Source: Rebecca billardiae RCC1528
Taxonomy: Eukaryota; Protista; Haptophyta
Length of the DNA stretch: 64,000 nucleotides
Reading direction: 5' to 3'
Assembly: GCA_965240325.2 (NCBI GenBank)
Contig: OZ251243.1
Span: 248,001-312,000, forward strand
The position numbers and the translations under genes were made by a program. Shown piece by piece: positions 37,589 through 48,484 of this stretch. Position 1 is the stretch's first letter, and each line of letters starts with the position of its first letter. The notes beneath the pieces are model-generated. The model was not told the origin of the DNA. It did no database searches and saw only the letters and a program-made list of their open reading frames with translations.

Positions 37589-38800
37589 TAAACTGCCACG
37601 CGCTCGCGGCGCCGTCGGCGGCGTGGCCGCCGGCGTACGCGGCGGCGCCGCTCGCGGCGTGGCGCGCCGCCGCGTGCGCCGCGGCCTCCTCCGCGCGCGC
37701 CCCCTCGCGCAGCAGCGCCGACCACGCCGCGCCCTGATTCGCCAGCAGCAGGGCAGCCATGCTGGAAACGCACTCGTCAGCAAACGGCGCCGGCGGCAGT
37801 GCGAGCGCGGCGCCGAGCGCGTCCGCGCACGCGGGCATGGCCCACGCGGGCGCGAGGAGGCGCGGCGGCGCGGCGGTCGCGCCGAACGGCATCAGCACGC
37901 CCGCCTCCGCCTCGCTCGGCCGCGCCGCGCGCGCGCGCGCCCGCGCCGGGCCCACCAGCCCGCAGAGGAACGTCAGCGCCGAAGTGTGCGGCGGCGGCGC
38001 GCTGCCGGCGGCGGCGGCGGCCGCAGCAGCCGCGGCCGCGCCGCCGCCGCCGCCGCCGCCGCCGTCGGAGGCGGTGGGCGAGGGCGGCGGCGGCGGCGCG
38101 GAGGTGCCGCCGCCGCCGCGCAGCAGCGCGAGCACCGGCGGCAGCCCGGTGCCCTCCGCGCCGCCGCCGCCGCCCGCGCTCACCGCCAGGCCCGACGCGC
38201 CGCCGCCGCCGCCGCCGTAGCCGCGCGCGTCCGCACCCGCCGCCGCGGCCGCCGCCGCGCGCTCGGGCGCGCACAGCGCAGCCACGAGGGAGATGGCGGC
38301 GGCCGCGCCGTCCGAGCCGCACTCGCGGCGCCACGCGTCGTAGTCCAGCACGTCCGACTCGAGCCACGGCCGCCATGCCTGCGCCCACGCCTCGTCCGCC
38401 GCCGAGCCGCCCGCCGCGGCCGCCGCGGCCGCGGGCCCGCGGCCGCCGCCGCCGCCGCCGCCGCCGCGCAATCCGTCCGCGCCCTGCGACCGCAGGTTGA
38501 GCGCCGCGGCGCAGAGCGCGAGGAAGAGCGACTCGCCGATGGCGAGGGCGACCTCCGCGATCGGCGGCGTCGGCGCCGTGCCGCCCGCGCCGCCGAAACC
38601 GCGCGCCGCCGAGCCGCCGCCCACGCCGCCGCCGCCGCACGCCACCAGCGCGCCACATCCAAAGCCGCCGCCGCCGGGCGCCGCCGACGCGGCCGCGCCG
38701 CCGGCGGCGGGCGGCGCGGCGCCGGCGGGCGGCGGCGCGCCCGCGGGCGTGAGCGCGAGCGCGGGGATCGGCCGGCGCGCCTCGAGCCCCGCGCGGCTCC

Positions 38801-38835
<35 letters not shown>

Positions 38836-40494
38836 TCCCCGAGCAACGCTCCCTCCGGCGTCATCGGATGCGCGGCAGCCGGCAGCCGCAGCGCGCGCAG
38901 CGGCTCCGCAGGGTAAAGCCCGAGGGCAATGTGCCGGCGCAGCGAGTCTGAGATGGCGCCGAGCACGTGCCGGTCGCACCCCGCGCGCGCGTGCGCCCCG
39001 CCGTACGCCAGCCAGAAGAGGCACTGCGCGCACGCCGCGCCCTCGAGCGCCGCGGCCGCGCGCGCGACCAGCGAGTACTCACGTGAGTACTCGCGCGAGT
39101 ACTCACGTGAGTACTCGCGCGCCTGCGCGCGCTCCGCGCCCGTCGGCGCACCTGGCGGCGGCGGCTGCTGTGCGCCCGGCGGCTGCGCGCCCGCCGGCGT
39201 GGGCGCGCCGCCGCCCGAGCACGCGGGCGTGGGCGCGGGCGTGAGCGCGCCGCCGAACGGCGAGGGCGTCGGCGCCGCGGCCGGCTGCTGCGGCGCCGGC
39301 GCGGCCGCCGCGCCGCGCGCCGACCCCGCCGCCGCCGCGCCCGCGTGCGCCGCGAGCGGCGGGCTGTGCAGCCAGGCGATCGAGCCGCGCGCGCCGTCGA
39401 GCGCGGCCGCGAGCGCGCGCGCGAGCTGCGACGCGCCGTGCTGCGCCCCCGCGCCGCCCACGCTCCCGCCGCTCTCGAACAAAAACGCTTCGACCGCCGC
39501 CTCCAGCCACGCGCCGTGCTGCGAATGCTCCGGCTGAGCGCCGCCGCCGTCGCCGCGCGCGCTCGCGCGCAGCTTGAGCGCGTCGAGCGCGAGCTGCAGC
39601 GCGAGGTACCGCTCGCGGCACTCGTACTCCACGGCCGCGCACACGATCGCGTCGGCGGCGTCGCCGCCCCACACGCGACCGCTCGACGCCTGCGCGGCCG
39701 CGGCGGCGCGCGGGAGGGGGGCGCACGCGGCGCGGGCGCGCGCGCGCGCGCGCGCTCAGCCGCGCACGGCCGCTGCGCTGCGCGCGCGCGTACGCGACGC
39801 GTGCGAACGACGCTCGCGCGAACAGCTTGCGCGAACAGCTCGCGCGAGACCGCGCGGCCCGGCGCGGCGCGGTCCGGCGCGGCGGCAGGCGGCTGCGCGC
39901 CGCGGCGCGCGGCGCGCGGCGCTTGGCGCGGCGGCTGACGGGAGACTCTCAAGCGCGAGCGCTTACGAGGTGCTGCAGCAGGTCGAGGCAGTAGAGCTCG
40001 GAGGCGTCGAGGCTGGCGGCGAGGCGCAGCGCCACCTGCCGCCCGGCCTCGGTGAGCTGCTGCCCGTTGCGCGTGAACGAATCCGCCTGCAGCTGCTGCG
40101 CCTCCGCGGGGCTGCGCGGCTGCGGGGGGGCGCGCGCGGCGGCGGCGGCGGCGGCGAGGGCGGAAAGAGGGCGGCGGGCCGCGCGCGCGGGGTTGAGAGG
40201 GACGCGCCCAGAGCCCGCTCGCGCAGAGGAGCGCGCCGCGCCGCGCGCCACGCTCGCGCGCGCGCGCGCGCCGCGGGGCGCGGCCGGTCGCGCCGGTCCG
40301 CGCCGCGCTCGCGCCGCCGCGCGCGGCGCGCGGCGCACCGGCCGCTGCAGGCGCTCCCGGAGCGACGGCCCGGAGCAGAGGTACGACTTGAGCGCCACGG
40401 GCTCGCCACGCTCGTCGAGCGGGTCGACGCCCTCCTCGATCGCGCGCTGCAGCGCGCGCAGCCGAGCCTCGAACGACGGCTCGAACAGCGCCAT
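29662..40494 (-). CDS. NUP205: Nucleoporin Nup205/Nup192-like; predicted introns 40338-40120, 39966-39690, 36757-36517, 31993-31847, 31471-31184, 30562-30428, 30307-30214
   Basis: ALRLAASLDASELYCLDLL, EYECRERYLALQL, VTPEVKAAVYSALAAFA and GVAVDMREVEVLHLRYPETSAFSSLL match remembered Nup205 motifs (EIE..E.YP.T.AF..L); long alpha-solenoid; GT-AG introns join the frames. Confidence 0.75.
31297..31435. repeat. (CTGTG)n-like pentamer tract within a Nup205 intron
   Basis: Direct reading. Confidence 0.9.
39071..39118. repeat. Perfect 48-bp palindrome (a palindromic 24-mer, twice) inside Nup205 coding sequence
   Basis: (gcgagtactcacgtgagtactcgc)x2 is its own reverse complement; encodes REYS x4. Confidence 0.95.
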
Positions 40495-40604
40495 TGGCCG
40501 ATGTCGCGCGTGCTGCGCGCGAGCAGCTCGGCGGTTCCGGGTGCCTGCGCGGCGCCCAGGCCCCGGACGGGCGACTGCTGGCGAAGCTGCCCCGACCGAC
40601 CAGC

Positions 40605-41104
40605 ATGGTGACGTGGCGCGCGCGTGTTGGACGCGAGCGCACGGCGAGGGAGCTCACGCGCGCCCCGTGCCCCGCGCGCGCCCTCGCACGTGCAGGATTT
40701 CGTGGGCCAGCTCTTCTGCGAGCGCACCTTCCAATTCTTCATCCTGCTCTCCGGCGTACGCGCGCGCGGCGCGCGGCGCGCGGCGCGGCGCCAGCGCGCG
40801 GCAGCGCTCACGCGGCGGGCGCTGCCCTCTCCGCCCGGCACAGATCATCGGATGGATCGTGGGGTACATCCAGCAGGACTTTAAGATCACGTGCTACTTC
40901 CTCGTCTCCGGCACCGCGCTCTCCGCCATCGTCTGCCTGCCCGACTGGCCGTGGTGGAACCGGCACCCACTCGAGTGGCTCCCACCGGGCGGCCCGCCCA
41001 AGAAGAGTAAGGGCGAGGGCGAGGCCGAGCGGAAAGGGCGGGACGGCTCGAGCAGCCCGCGTGGCGGCGCGGCCACGAAGAAGGGCAGGAGGAAGGCCAC
41101 ATGA
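40605..41104 (+). CDS. SPCS1: Signal peptidase complex subunit 1 (SPC12); exons 40605-40607 (ATG only), 40696-40755, 40844-41104
   Basis: Spliced product: MDFVGQLFCERTFQFFILLSG-IIGWIVGYIQQDF..IVCLPDWPWWNRHPLEWL. Confidence 0.92.
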
Positions 41105-41435
41105 GCCGCCACGGCGCGCGCGCGTGCGGTGAGGATGTGATGAGTCGCGCGTAGAGTGACGGGCCCGTGGCGGCGTGCCCGCGTGGCCGTGAGCCTCGGC
41201 CCCAGCTGCCAGCCACAGCATATCGAGTATATACGTCGTCGTCATCACGGCTCACCCGACGCCGGCTTCTGACTATACGCGATGTGTGATGTGCGTGTGT
41301 ACAGTGACTGATGCTGACGACTATATATGCCGCATATATATGGCGACGTGAATAGTACTATGTGAGTAAGGAGTGAGGTGCTCCGCACCGCCGGCTGCAT
41401 CGCCGCACAGCAGGACGAGCAGCTCCTCAGACTCG

Positions 41436-43865
41436 TCAGTGCTCGTCGGAGAAGTCCGGGTAGGTGCGCGCCATCAGCGCCTCGAGCGCGCGAAGCAGCG
41501 CGGCCGTGTCGCGCGCGTCCACCAGCGCCTCCGGCTCGAAGAGCGACCCCTCCTCGACGCCGTGCACGAGGCGGCACCCCTCGGCAAAGGCGGAGACGTT
41601 GTGCAGCGCGCGCGCGCGCTCGCTCTCGGCGGGCGCGAGCTCGACGCCGAGGCCGTACTCGCCGCCGACACCCACGCCGCCGCCGCCGCCGGCATCGGCG
41701 TCGGCCGGCGCGAGCGGCGCGCACACGCGCCTCCCGGCGAGGCTGTTGACGAGCCGGCAGAGCAGCACGCCATCGGCGAGCGCGTCGAGCAGCGTGGCGG
41801 GCGTGAGCGGCTCGCCCACACAGCGCTCCACCCACGCGCTCGCCGCAGCCAGCCGGCTCGCCTCCTCGCGCTGCGAGCTGGCCGCGTGCTGGCCAGGCCA
41901 CTCCGCCACGCCGCCGCCGCGTTGCGCGGCGCGCGGGCGCGCGCCCGCCGCCGACGCGCCGCCCGCGGGCGGCGCGGGCCAAGCCTCGCGCGCGAGGCTC
42001 GGCGTGTGCGGCGCGCGCCAGCCCGCGCCCGCGCGCGCCGGCTGCGGCGTGGCGGTGGTCGCGGGCGACGGCGCCGCCGAGCCGCCGTGCTGCCGCGCGC
42101 CGCCACGTGCCCTGGCCGCCGCGCTCCGCAGCAGCAGCGAGCTGCGCCGGAAGTCCGAGGCGAGGGGCGTGGGGCAGGATGGTGACAGATCGAACTCGAG
42201 CTCGGCAGCCATGGCGGCGGAGGCGCAGTGCACACCCTGCAGCGAGTCGCGCACGCGCACGGGCGTCGTGTCCGCACAAGCAGCGGAGCACGGCGCGTGC
42301 GACGGCGAGCGCGCGCGCGCGCCGCACCGGCCGGCGCGCGCGCCCACGCCGGGCCGGCCGCGCTGCGCCGTGCCCCCGCCGCCCATTGCGGCTGCCGCGC
42401 CGCAGTGTGACGCGCCGGCGGCGCCCACCTGCGCGCCGTGCGGCTGCCCGCAGCCGGCGGCGCGCCCGGCCGGCGCGCGCCCAAGCGGGCTGCTCGCGCG
42501 GGCCGGCCGTGGCACTGCCGCCGCTGGCAGCTCGGCCGCGGCCGCCGGCAGCCGCACCGCGCCCCCCGCGCCGGCCGCGCCCGCAACGGTCGCGGGCGCT
42601 GGAGGCGCAGCGCCCACCGCGGCCCGGGGCGGCCGCGCGGCTGGCTGCGGCTGGGGCTGCGCCGTGCGGTGCGCCGCGGGCGGCTGCGCTGACTCTGCGC
42701 GGGCGCGTTCGCCTCCGCCGCGCGCGGCGTGCGCAGCAGCCGGGCCCAGCCCGCCGCCGGCGCCCCACGCGTCCTCCTCCTCCTCGTCGGCCAAACGCGC
42801 CGCGCCGCCGCCGTCCGGCGGACGCGCGCTGCCTGCGAGCCACGCGGGGCAGGGGGAGCACGGCCCGTGCGCGCCGGCGCCGCCCGCGCCAGGCGCGCCG
42901 CCTGCGGCCAGCTCGAGCCCGGGCGCTCCGGCCGCCTCGAGCGCGGCCGCGCCCAGCCCGTAAGCCGCCCCCTCCTCGTGCCCCGCCGCGCCGCGGCCCC
43001 CGGCGCCCGCGTCCCACCCCGCAGCCGCGGCGCCCGCGGCCGTCGCGGCGGCCGCGGCCGTGTCAGCATGGCCGCGGCCGTAGTCAGCATGGCTGCCGCG
43101 GGGCGGCGTGGCGCGCGCCCCGGTGGAGAGGCGGCCGCTGAGCACGTCGACGCGCGACTCGGCGGCCTTGAGCGCGGCGCGCAGCGAGAGCCGCTCCTCC
43201 CGCAGCCGCTCGAGCTCGCGCGCCAGCCCCGCCTCCTCGTCCGCGTGCCGCGAGCGCTCGGCGCGCAGGCCGTGAGAGGAGTGCCTCAGCCCAGCGTTGT
43301 ACACGCGCGCGCGCTGCGCGAGCTGCTCGCGCGCGCGCTCGAGCTCGGCGAGCGTGCCGGCGTGCTCGGCGCGCAGCGCGTCGAGCTCGCGCTCCACGCC
43401 GCGCAGCCGCGCGCTGCTCGCCTCGGCGTCGCGCCATCTCCGCGTCGCGGCCTCGAGCTGAGACTGCAGTCGGCGCGTCGCCTCGGCGCCTGCCGACACC
43501 TCGGCCGAGGCGTGCGCGAGCTTGGTCGCGACGTCCGCGCCGTCGCGCAGGGCGCTGGCGAGCCGGTTGAGCTCCGACGCCATGATGCTGGCGGACGCGC
43601 CCGCCCGCGACGTCGTCGGCAGCTGCGCGCGGTACGGCGACGCGAGCCCGGCGCGCGCGCTCGCGGGCGAGGTCGGATCGTGCACGCTCAGCTCCTCGCT
43701 GGCGGCGGAGGTCTCCTCGCGCGTGAGCCCGATGGACTCGAGCACGTGGGCCACGCCGTGCCGGCTCGACGATGGGCTCAGGCTCCGCACCGTCGAGCCC
43801 GCCGCCGAGCTGGGCACGCCCCCACGGCGTGGCTCCGCGTGCGTGGCCGCGGCGGCGGCCGCCAT
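41436..43865 (-). CDS. Coiled-coil protein with C-terminal calponin-homology domain
   Basis: AWVERCVGE..LDALADGVLLCRLVNSL..HNVSAFAEGC..GV..LFEPEALVD..LLRALEAL; heptad-rich region at ~43140-43570. Confidence 0.8.
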   Translation of the reverse strand: MAAAAAATHAEPRRGGVPSSAAGSTVRSLSPSSSRHGVAHVLESIGLTREETSAASEELSVHDPTSPASARAGLASPYRAQLPTTSRAGASASIMASELNRLASALRDGADVATKLAHASAEVSAGAEATRRLQSQLEAATRRWRDAEASSARLRGVERELDALRAEHAGTLAELERAREQLAQRARVYNAGLRHSSHGLRAERSRHADEEAGLARELERLREERLSLRAALKAAESRVDVLSGRLSTGARATPPRGSHADYGRGHADTAAAAATAAGAAAAGWDAGAGGRGAAGHEEGAAYGLGAAALEAAGAPGLELAAGGAPGAGGAGAHGPCSPCPAWLAGSARPPDGGGAARLADEEEEDAWGAGGGLGPAAAHAARGGGERARAESAQPPAAHRTAQPQPQPAARPPRAAVGAAPPAPATVAGAAGAGGAVRLPAAAAELPAAAVPRPARASSPLGRAPAGRAAGCGQPHGAQVGAAGASHCGAAAAMGGGGTAQRGRPGVGARAGRCGARARSPSHAPCSAACADTTPVRVRDSLQGVHCASAAMAAELEFDLSPSCPTPLASDFRRSSLLLRSAAARARGGARQHGGSAAPSPATTATPQPARAGAGWRAPHTPSLAREAWPAPPAGGASAAGARPRAAQRGGGVAEWPGQHAASSQREEASRLAAASAWVERCVGEPLTPATLLDALADGVLLCRLVNSLAGRRVCAPLAPADADAGGGGGVGVGGEYGLGVELAPAESERARALHNVSAFAEGCRLVHGVEEGSLFEPEALVDARDTAALLRALEALMARTYPDFSDEH

Positions 43866-43989
43866 CGTCGTCGCGGCGCGACGCGACAAGCGCGGTTGAA
43901 GTCTGAAGTCGTTCAAATCTTGGCGCGTCGACCGCCGCGGATTTACTGTACGATTTCGTCGATCGGGCAATAACTCTCCAACTCCGCCA

Positions 43990-45043
43990 GAGGCCACTCG
44001 AGCGACTTCGTGTCTGGCGAGGCAGATCGCGCCAGTGCGTGGCGAGGCAGACGCTCGCCTGCCTCGCCGCTTGGCGAGGCAGCTAAGCTAGTAACGCCGC
44101 GGCCAAACTTTACGAAAGCCAAATGTCTGCCGGTGCGCCGCCCGTCTTTTGCGCACGGTGACAAGGGCGCGCGAGGGCGCTTCCTCACGATCCCGAAGAG
44201 CGCTGCGCGCGGCGTCGCGTTGGCGGCGGCAGCGGCGCTGGGGTGTATCTTGCCCATTCTGCGTGGCGGCGCGCTCTCATGACGCCTCGGCCGCCGCCAC
44301 GCCATGCGCGACCGGGCGTGTCGCCTTCTTGACGGGCAGTGCACACGCCCTTGCAAGCGCACAGCCGTGAAGAGCCGAGAGCGTCCGTCGCGAGCACGCC
44401 GCCCACGCGGGATGCGTTGCCAGGGCTATTCGTATGACACTGGGTGCTCGCGCTCTGGCATGTGCGAGCCAGGATGACCATGGGTAGCAGCTACGATGAG
44501 CACTGCTAACCTGCATTTCAGCCGATGACATCCTCTCGTTCAGCGATCTTGACTGCTCTGAACGCATGGCGAACTCGGCGAAGCGCATGCGCAAGGTGGC
44601 TTCGGTGACAGCATAACGCATCCCGCGTGGGCGGCGTGCTCGCGACGGACGCTCTCGGCTCTTCACGGCTGTGCGCTTGCAAGGGCGTGTGCACTGCCCG
44701 TCAAGAAGGCGACACGCCCGGTCGCGCATGGCGTGGCGGCGGCCGAGGCGTCATGAGAGCGCGCCGCCACGCAGAATGGGCAAGATACACCCCAGCGCCG
44801 CTGCCGCCGCCAACGCGACGCCGCGCGCAGCGCTCTTCGGGATCGTGAGGAAGCGCCCTCGCGCGCCCTTGTCACCGTGCGCAAAAGACGGGCGGCGCAC
44901 CGGCAGACATTTGGCTTTCGTAAAGTTCGGCCGCGGCTTTACTAGCTTAGCTGCCTCGCCAAGCGGCGAGGCAGGCGAGCGTCTGCCTCGCCACGCACTG
45001 GCGCGATCTGCCTCGCCAGACACGAAGTCGCTCGAGCGGCCTC
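43990..45043. mobile_element. Foldback/MITE-like non-autonomous DNA element, 1054 bp, with 429-bp TIRs and a 196-bp spacer
   Basis: 43990-44418 is the reverse complement of 44615-45043 (3 mismatches seen); termini GAGGCC..GGCCTC; CGCCA duplicated at 43985-43989 and 45044-45048. Confidence 0.92.
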
Positions 45044-45128
45044 CGCCACCGCGAGCAGGCGCGAGCTTCACGAACGAACGGGTGCGGCCCGACCGACCGG
45101 TCCTCCGAGAGGCGGGGCGGTGGCGACA

Positions 45129-45938
45129 ATGCCGCTCGCCTTGGGGTTGCTCGTCGCCGCGCAGGCCTCGGTCGTACCACGCGTCGACTTCTCTGGAGCC
45201 TGCGCTGCAGGTCCCCAGCTCCCGGTGAGCACCCGTGGAGCTTGGCAGATGCGCAAGCGCTCTCTCATCACTGCCAACGACGTGTTTGGCGGAGACGAGA
45301 TGCCTGCCGAGATGCCCCTGTACATGCAGGGCTACAGAATTTTGGACGGCGTCGATACTGCCCAGGGCGCCCCTTACCTTCTTCGGGACTTGGCCGGCTC
45401 ACCAGTACCCATCGACGTGTGGTGCGACGGCTCGTGCAGCCCCAAAACGGGACGTGGCGGTGCTGGTGCTGTCATCGTCGGCGATGTTGACTCGGGTCTA
45501 TGGGAGCTCAGTGTGCACGTTCGCCAGGCAACTAGCACAGCTGCGGAGTGGATCGCAGTGGAAATGGCTCTTTGGGCACTGGAATACCGCATGCGCCTGC
45601 ATGGTCTTTACGGCCGACGCCTACGTCGTCCTGTGCGGGTCCACAGCGACTGCCAGAGCGTGGTGAAGATGGGCAACAACATCTGCGAGCATGTGGCAGG
45701 CCAGTCTGGCCTCTCCGCGTGTGCTGTCGACGGTCCAGGTGTGCTCGCCCGTCACATGGAGCAGGTTCATCACTCTATCGATCATCTCGTGCACCTCTTC
45801 GGAGCGTCCTCTGTGAGCTTCGAATGGGTCAAGAGTCGCAGTGGGCTCAAGCTGCACGACGCGGCCGACAAGCTGGCGAGAGAGGCATCTGACCCAGATG
45901 GGCAGAGCGTCCTCCAGCAACGATGGTACTTCTACTGA
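45129..45938 (+). CDS. Stand-alone RNase H1-like protein with predicted signal peptide
   Basis: VWCDGSC..GAGAVI, TSTAAEWIAV, VHSDCQSVV and WVKSRSG..HDAADKLA supply the full D-E-D-D set; N-terminus MPLALGLLVAAQASV. Confidence 0.88.
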   Translation: MPLALGLLVAAQASVVPRVDFSGACAAGPQLPVSTRGAWQMRKRSLITANDVFGGDEMPAEMPLYMQGYRILDGVDTAQGAPYLLRDLAGSPVPIDVWCDGSCSPKTGRGGAGAVIVGDVDSGLWELSVHVRQATSTAAEWIAVEMALWALEYRMRLHGLYGRRLRRPVRVHSDCQSVVKMGNNICEHVAGQSGLSACAVDGPGVLARHMEQVHHSIDHLVHLFGASSVSFEWVKSRSGLKLHDAADKLAREASDPDGQSVLQQRWYFY

Positions 45939-46663
45939 TCATCGCGCGGTGGCTGACGACGATATCAGCAACTCTCAGGCCGTTCAAATCGACCAATCGA
46001 GTCCTCGTGGTGCGAGTCGCTGACGAGGCGAGTCGGCGACTGACCGTGACGGCGCGGTTTGCGCGTCGATATCGTCCGCACTGAGTCGTGACGAGTTTTC
46101 GTCCAGCATCGCCTACTGACGGCTGACTACCGCCGCGCCCGCCCGCCGCCGCCGTGGGCGTGATGATCGATTGTGACGATGATGACGCGACGCGTAGCTT
46201 AAGCTGTGCGCGCTATAGCACTCTGCTGACACTCTCGCGCGTCGCAGTCTGCTCGACTGCTCGGCGTCATCGCGGACGGCGGACTCGGCGGAGCCCGCCG
46301 TCGGAGCCGCTCCGCGCCCGCTGCCCGCAGCCGTGAGCCAGAAGCTGCTGACCCGTCGTCCGCGACGATCAGCGGCGCAAGGACGGCAAGGCCAGTTGCG
46401 CCGACTCGTCGTCGGATGAGTCATGAGACATATATGCGTCGGGCGGTCGGCGGGGCTGCCGCCGGGCCCGGAGACGGAGCGGAGCTACGAGTACGTGAAG
46501 GGCGCGTGCCACACTGCGCTGCTGCCGAGGCGGTCGGCCGGCCGGCCGGCGGGCGCGCGGCGCGCCGACGGACGAGGCGCCCTGGCGCGCGCGGGCCCCG
46601 CTCCCGCTTCCGCCTTCAGACTTCAGACTCCACCGCTCAGCCTCAGTCGGCTCAGCGCACCGC

Positions 46664-48484
46664 TCAGTGGTGGATGTGCGCCTTGGCGCGCCTGCGGTCC
46701 TCGTCGCGCACGAGCCGTCGGAGGATCTTGCCCGCCGCCGACTTTGGGATCTTGTCCGTGTACACCACGCCGCCGCGTAGCCGCTTGTGCGGCGCGACCT
46801 TGGCCGCGACGAAGAGCTCGAGCTCCGCCTCGCTCGGCTCCGGCCCCGCCCCCTCGGCCGAGTCGTGCAGCACGACGTACGCTCGCGGCACCTCGCCCGC
46901 CTCCTCGTGGGGCACCGGGATCACCGCCGCGTCCGCGACGTGCGGGTGTTCGTACAGCAGCGCCTCGAGCTCGGCGGGCGCGACCTGGAAGCCCTTGTAC
47001 TTGATGAGCTCCTTCGCGCGGTCGACGATCGTCACGAACCCGCGCGCGTCCACCCTGGCGATGTCCCCCGTGCGCAGCCAGCGCGTGCCGTCCGCGTCCT
47101 CGAGCAGGCACGCGCTGCTCGCGTCCGGCATGTTGAGATAACCCGCCATCACCTGCGGCCCCGAGACCAGCAGCTCGCCCTCCTCGCCCTCGCCCAGCGT
47201 GGCGAGGGCGAAGTCCGCCTCCTCCGCCTCCGCGCCGCCCGCACCGCCGCCACCGGCCTCGGCCGCGGCCGCGGGCGCCGCGGGCCCCGCGGGCGCCTCC
47301 GCCTCCGCCTCCTCCTCGACGCGCACGATCTTGATGCGCGTGCTCGGCACGGGCGGCCCGACCGAGCCGCCGCTCACGCGCTCGGCGCCGAGCATGTCGT
47401 CGGCCGGCCACGTGCCGAGGGGCGAGAGCTCGCTCATGCCCCACGCCTGCTTCACGCCGCACCCGAGCCGCTCCGCGCACGCCCGCTCCAGCGCCGCGTC
47501 GAGCGGCGCCGCCGCCGACGTGATCATCTGCAGCGATTCGAACGAGTAGCGGTCGACCACCGGCGCCTTGGAGAGGCCGAGGATGATCGGCGGCACGAGG
47601 TACGCGCGCGTGGGCCGGTGCGCCTGCACGAGCGCGCAGAACGCCTCGATGTCGAACCGCCCCATCGTGATCAGCGGGTGCCCGCGCCACATCATGAAGA
47701 GCAGCGCCACCGTGAACGCGTAGATATGATACATGGGTAACGGGCAAATCACGGCCGCGCCCTCGGCGATGAAGCGCCCCTCCGGCGGCATGAACTGGTG
47801 CAGGTTGGCGCCGAGGTTGGCGTGGGTGAGCATGGTGCCCTTGGGCAGGCCGGTGGTCCCCGAGCTGTACGGCATCAGCGCCAGGTCCGACGCCGCCACG
47901 CCCGCCACCGTCGCCTCGAGCCGCGCGCCCGACGCGGTGCGCAGCGCATCGAACGGCTCACACCGCACGCCGCCCACCTCGGCAGGCGCGGCCGCCGCGC
48001 CGCCGCCGTCGAGGCACGCGACGGCGTGCACGGCGGTCTCGCCCGACGCGATCGCCGTGCCAAGCGCCGCGACGGTCGACGGGTGCGCGATCACCGCCTT
48101 CGCGCCCGAGCCGCACAGCTGCTGCTTGAGCTCGGCGCTCGTGTAGAGCGGGTTGGCCGGCGTGACGACGGCGCCCAGCCGCAGGCTGGCGAGCGCGGCG
48201 CACGCGTAGTCGACGTGGTTGGGCGAGACGATCGCAACGCGGTCGCCCTTCTCGATCCCCCGCTCGCGCAGCGCGCCCGCCGTGCGCGCCACGTCGTCGA
48301 GCAGCCCCTCGTACGTGCGCGCGTTGCCGTGCTCGTCAAGCACCGCCGTGCGCCCGGCCGCGGCGAAGCTCGCCCAGCTCTCGCTCACGAGGTCGGCGAT
48401 GGGCGTGACCACCGGCGCGACGGGAGGGTACGGCGACTTCCACACGCGCTTCGCCGACTTGGACAGCAGCGCGGCGCGCAGCAT
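46664..48484 (-). CDS. 4-coumarate-CoA-ligase-like acyl-CoA synthetase (ANL superfamily)
   Basis: PYSSGTTGLPKG, QAWGMSE, GPQVMAGY, WLRTGD, DRAKELIKYKGFQVAPAELE, PKSAAGKILR; basic N-terminus resembling a mitochondrial presequence. Confidence 0.93.
   Translation of the reverse strand: MLRAALLSKSAKRVWKSPYPPVAPVVTPIADLVSESWASFAAAGRTAVLDEHGNARTYEGLLDDVARTAGALRERGIEKGDRVAIVSPNHVDYACAALASLRLGAVVTPANPLYTSAELKQQLCGSGAKAVIAHPSTVAALGTAIASGETAVHAVACLDGGGAAAAPAEVGGVRCEPFDALRTASGARLEATVAGVAASDLALMPYSSGTTGLPKGTMLTHANLGANLHQFMPPEGRFIAEGAAVICPLPMYHIYAFTVALLFMMWRGHPLITMGRFDIEAFCALVQAHRPTRAYLVPPIILGLSKAPVVDRYSFESLQMITSAAAPLDAALERACAERLGCGVKQAWGMSELSPLGTWPADDMLGAERVSGGSVGPPVPSTRIKIVRVEEEAEAEAPAGPAAPAAAAEAGGGGAGGAEAEEADFALATLGEGEEGELLVSGPQVMAGYLNMPDASSACLLEDADGTRWLRTGDIARVDARGFVTIVDRAKELIKYKGFQVAPAELEALLYEHPHVADAAVIPVPHEEAGEVPRAYVVLHDSAEGAGPEPSEAELELFVAAKVAPHKRLRGGVVYTDKIPKSAAGKILRRLVRDEDRRRAKAHIHH

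Noticed and set aside
43943-45228. Duplicated ORFs in the foldback arms
   Set aside because: A consequence of the inverted repeat; no recognisable protein.
43990-45938. RNase H ORF as the transposase or cargo of the foldback element
   Set aside because: The ORF lies outside the TIRs and TSD, and has RNase H1 rather than DDE-transposase motif spacing.
46664-48484. Luciferase or bona fide phenylpropanoid 4CL
   Set aside because: Only family-level ANL motifs are visible; the substrate cannot be assigned from sequence alone.
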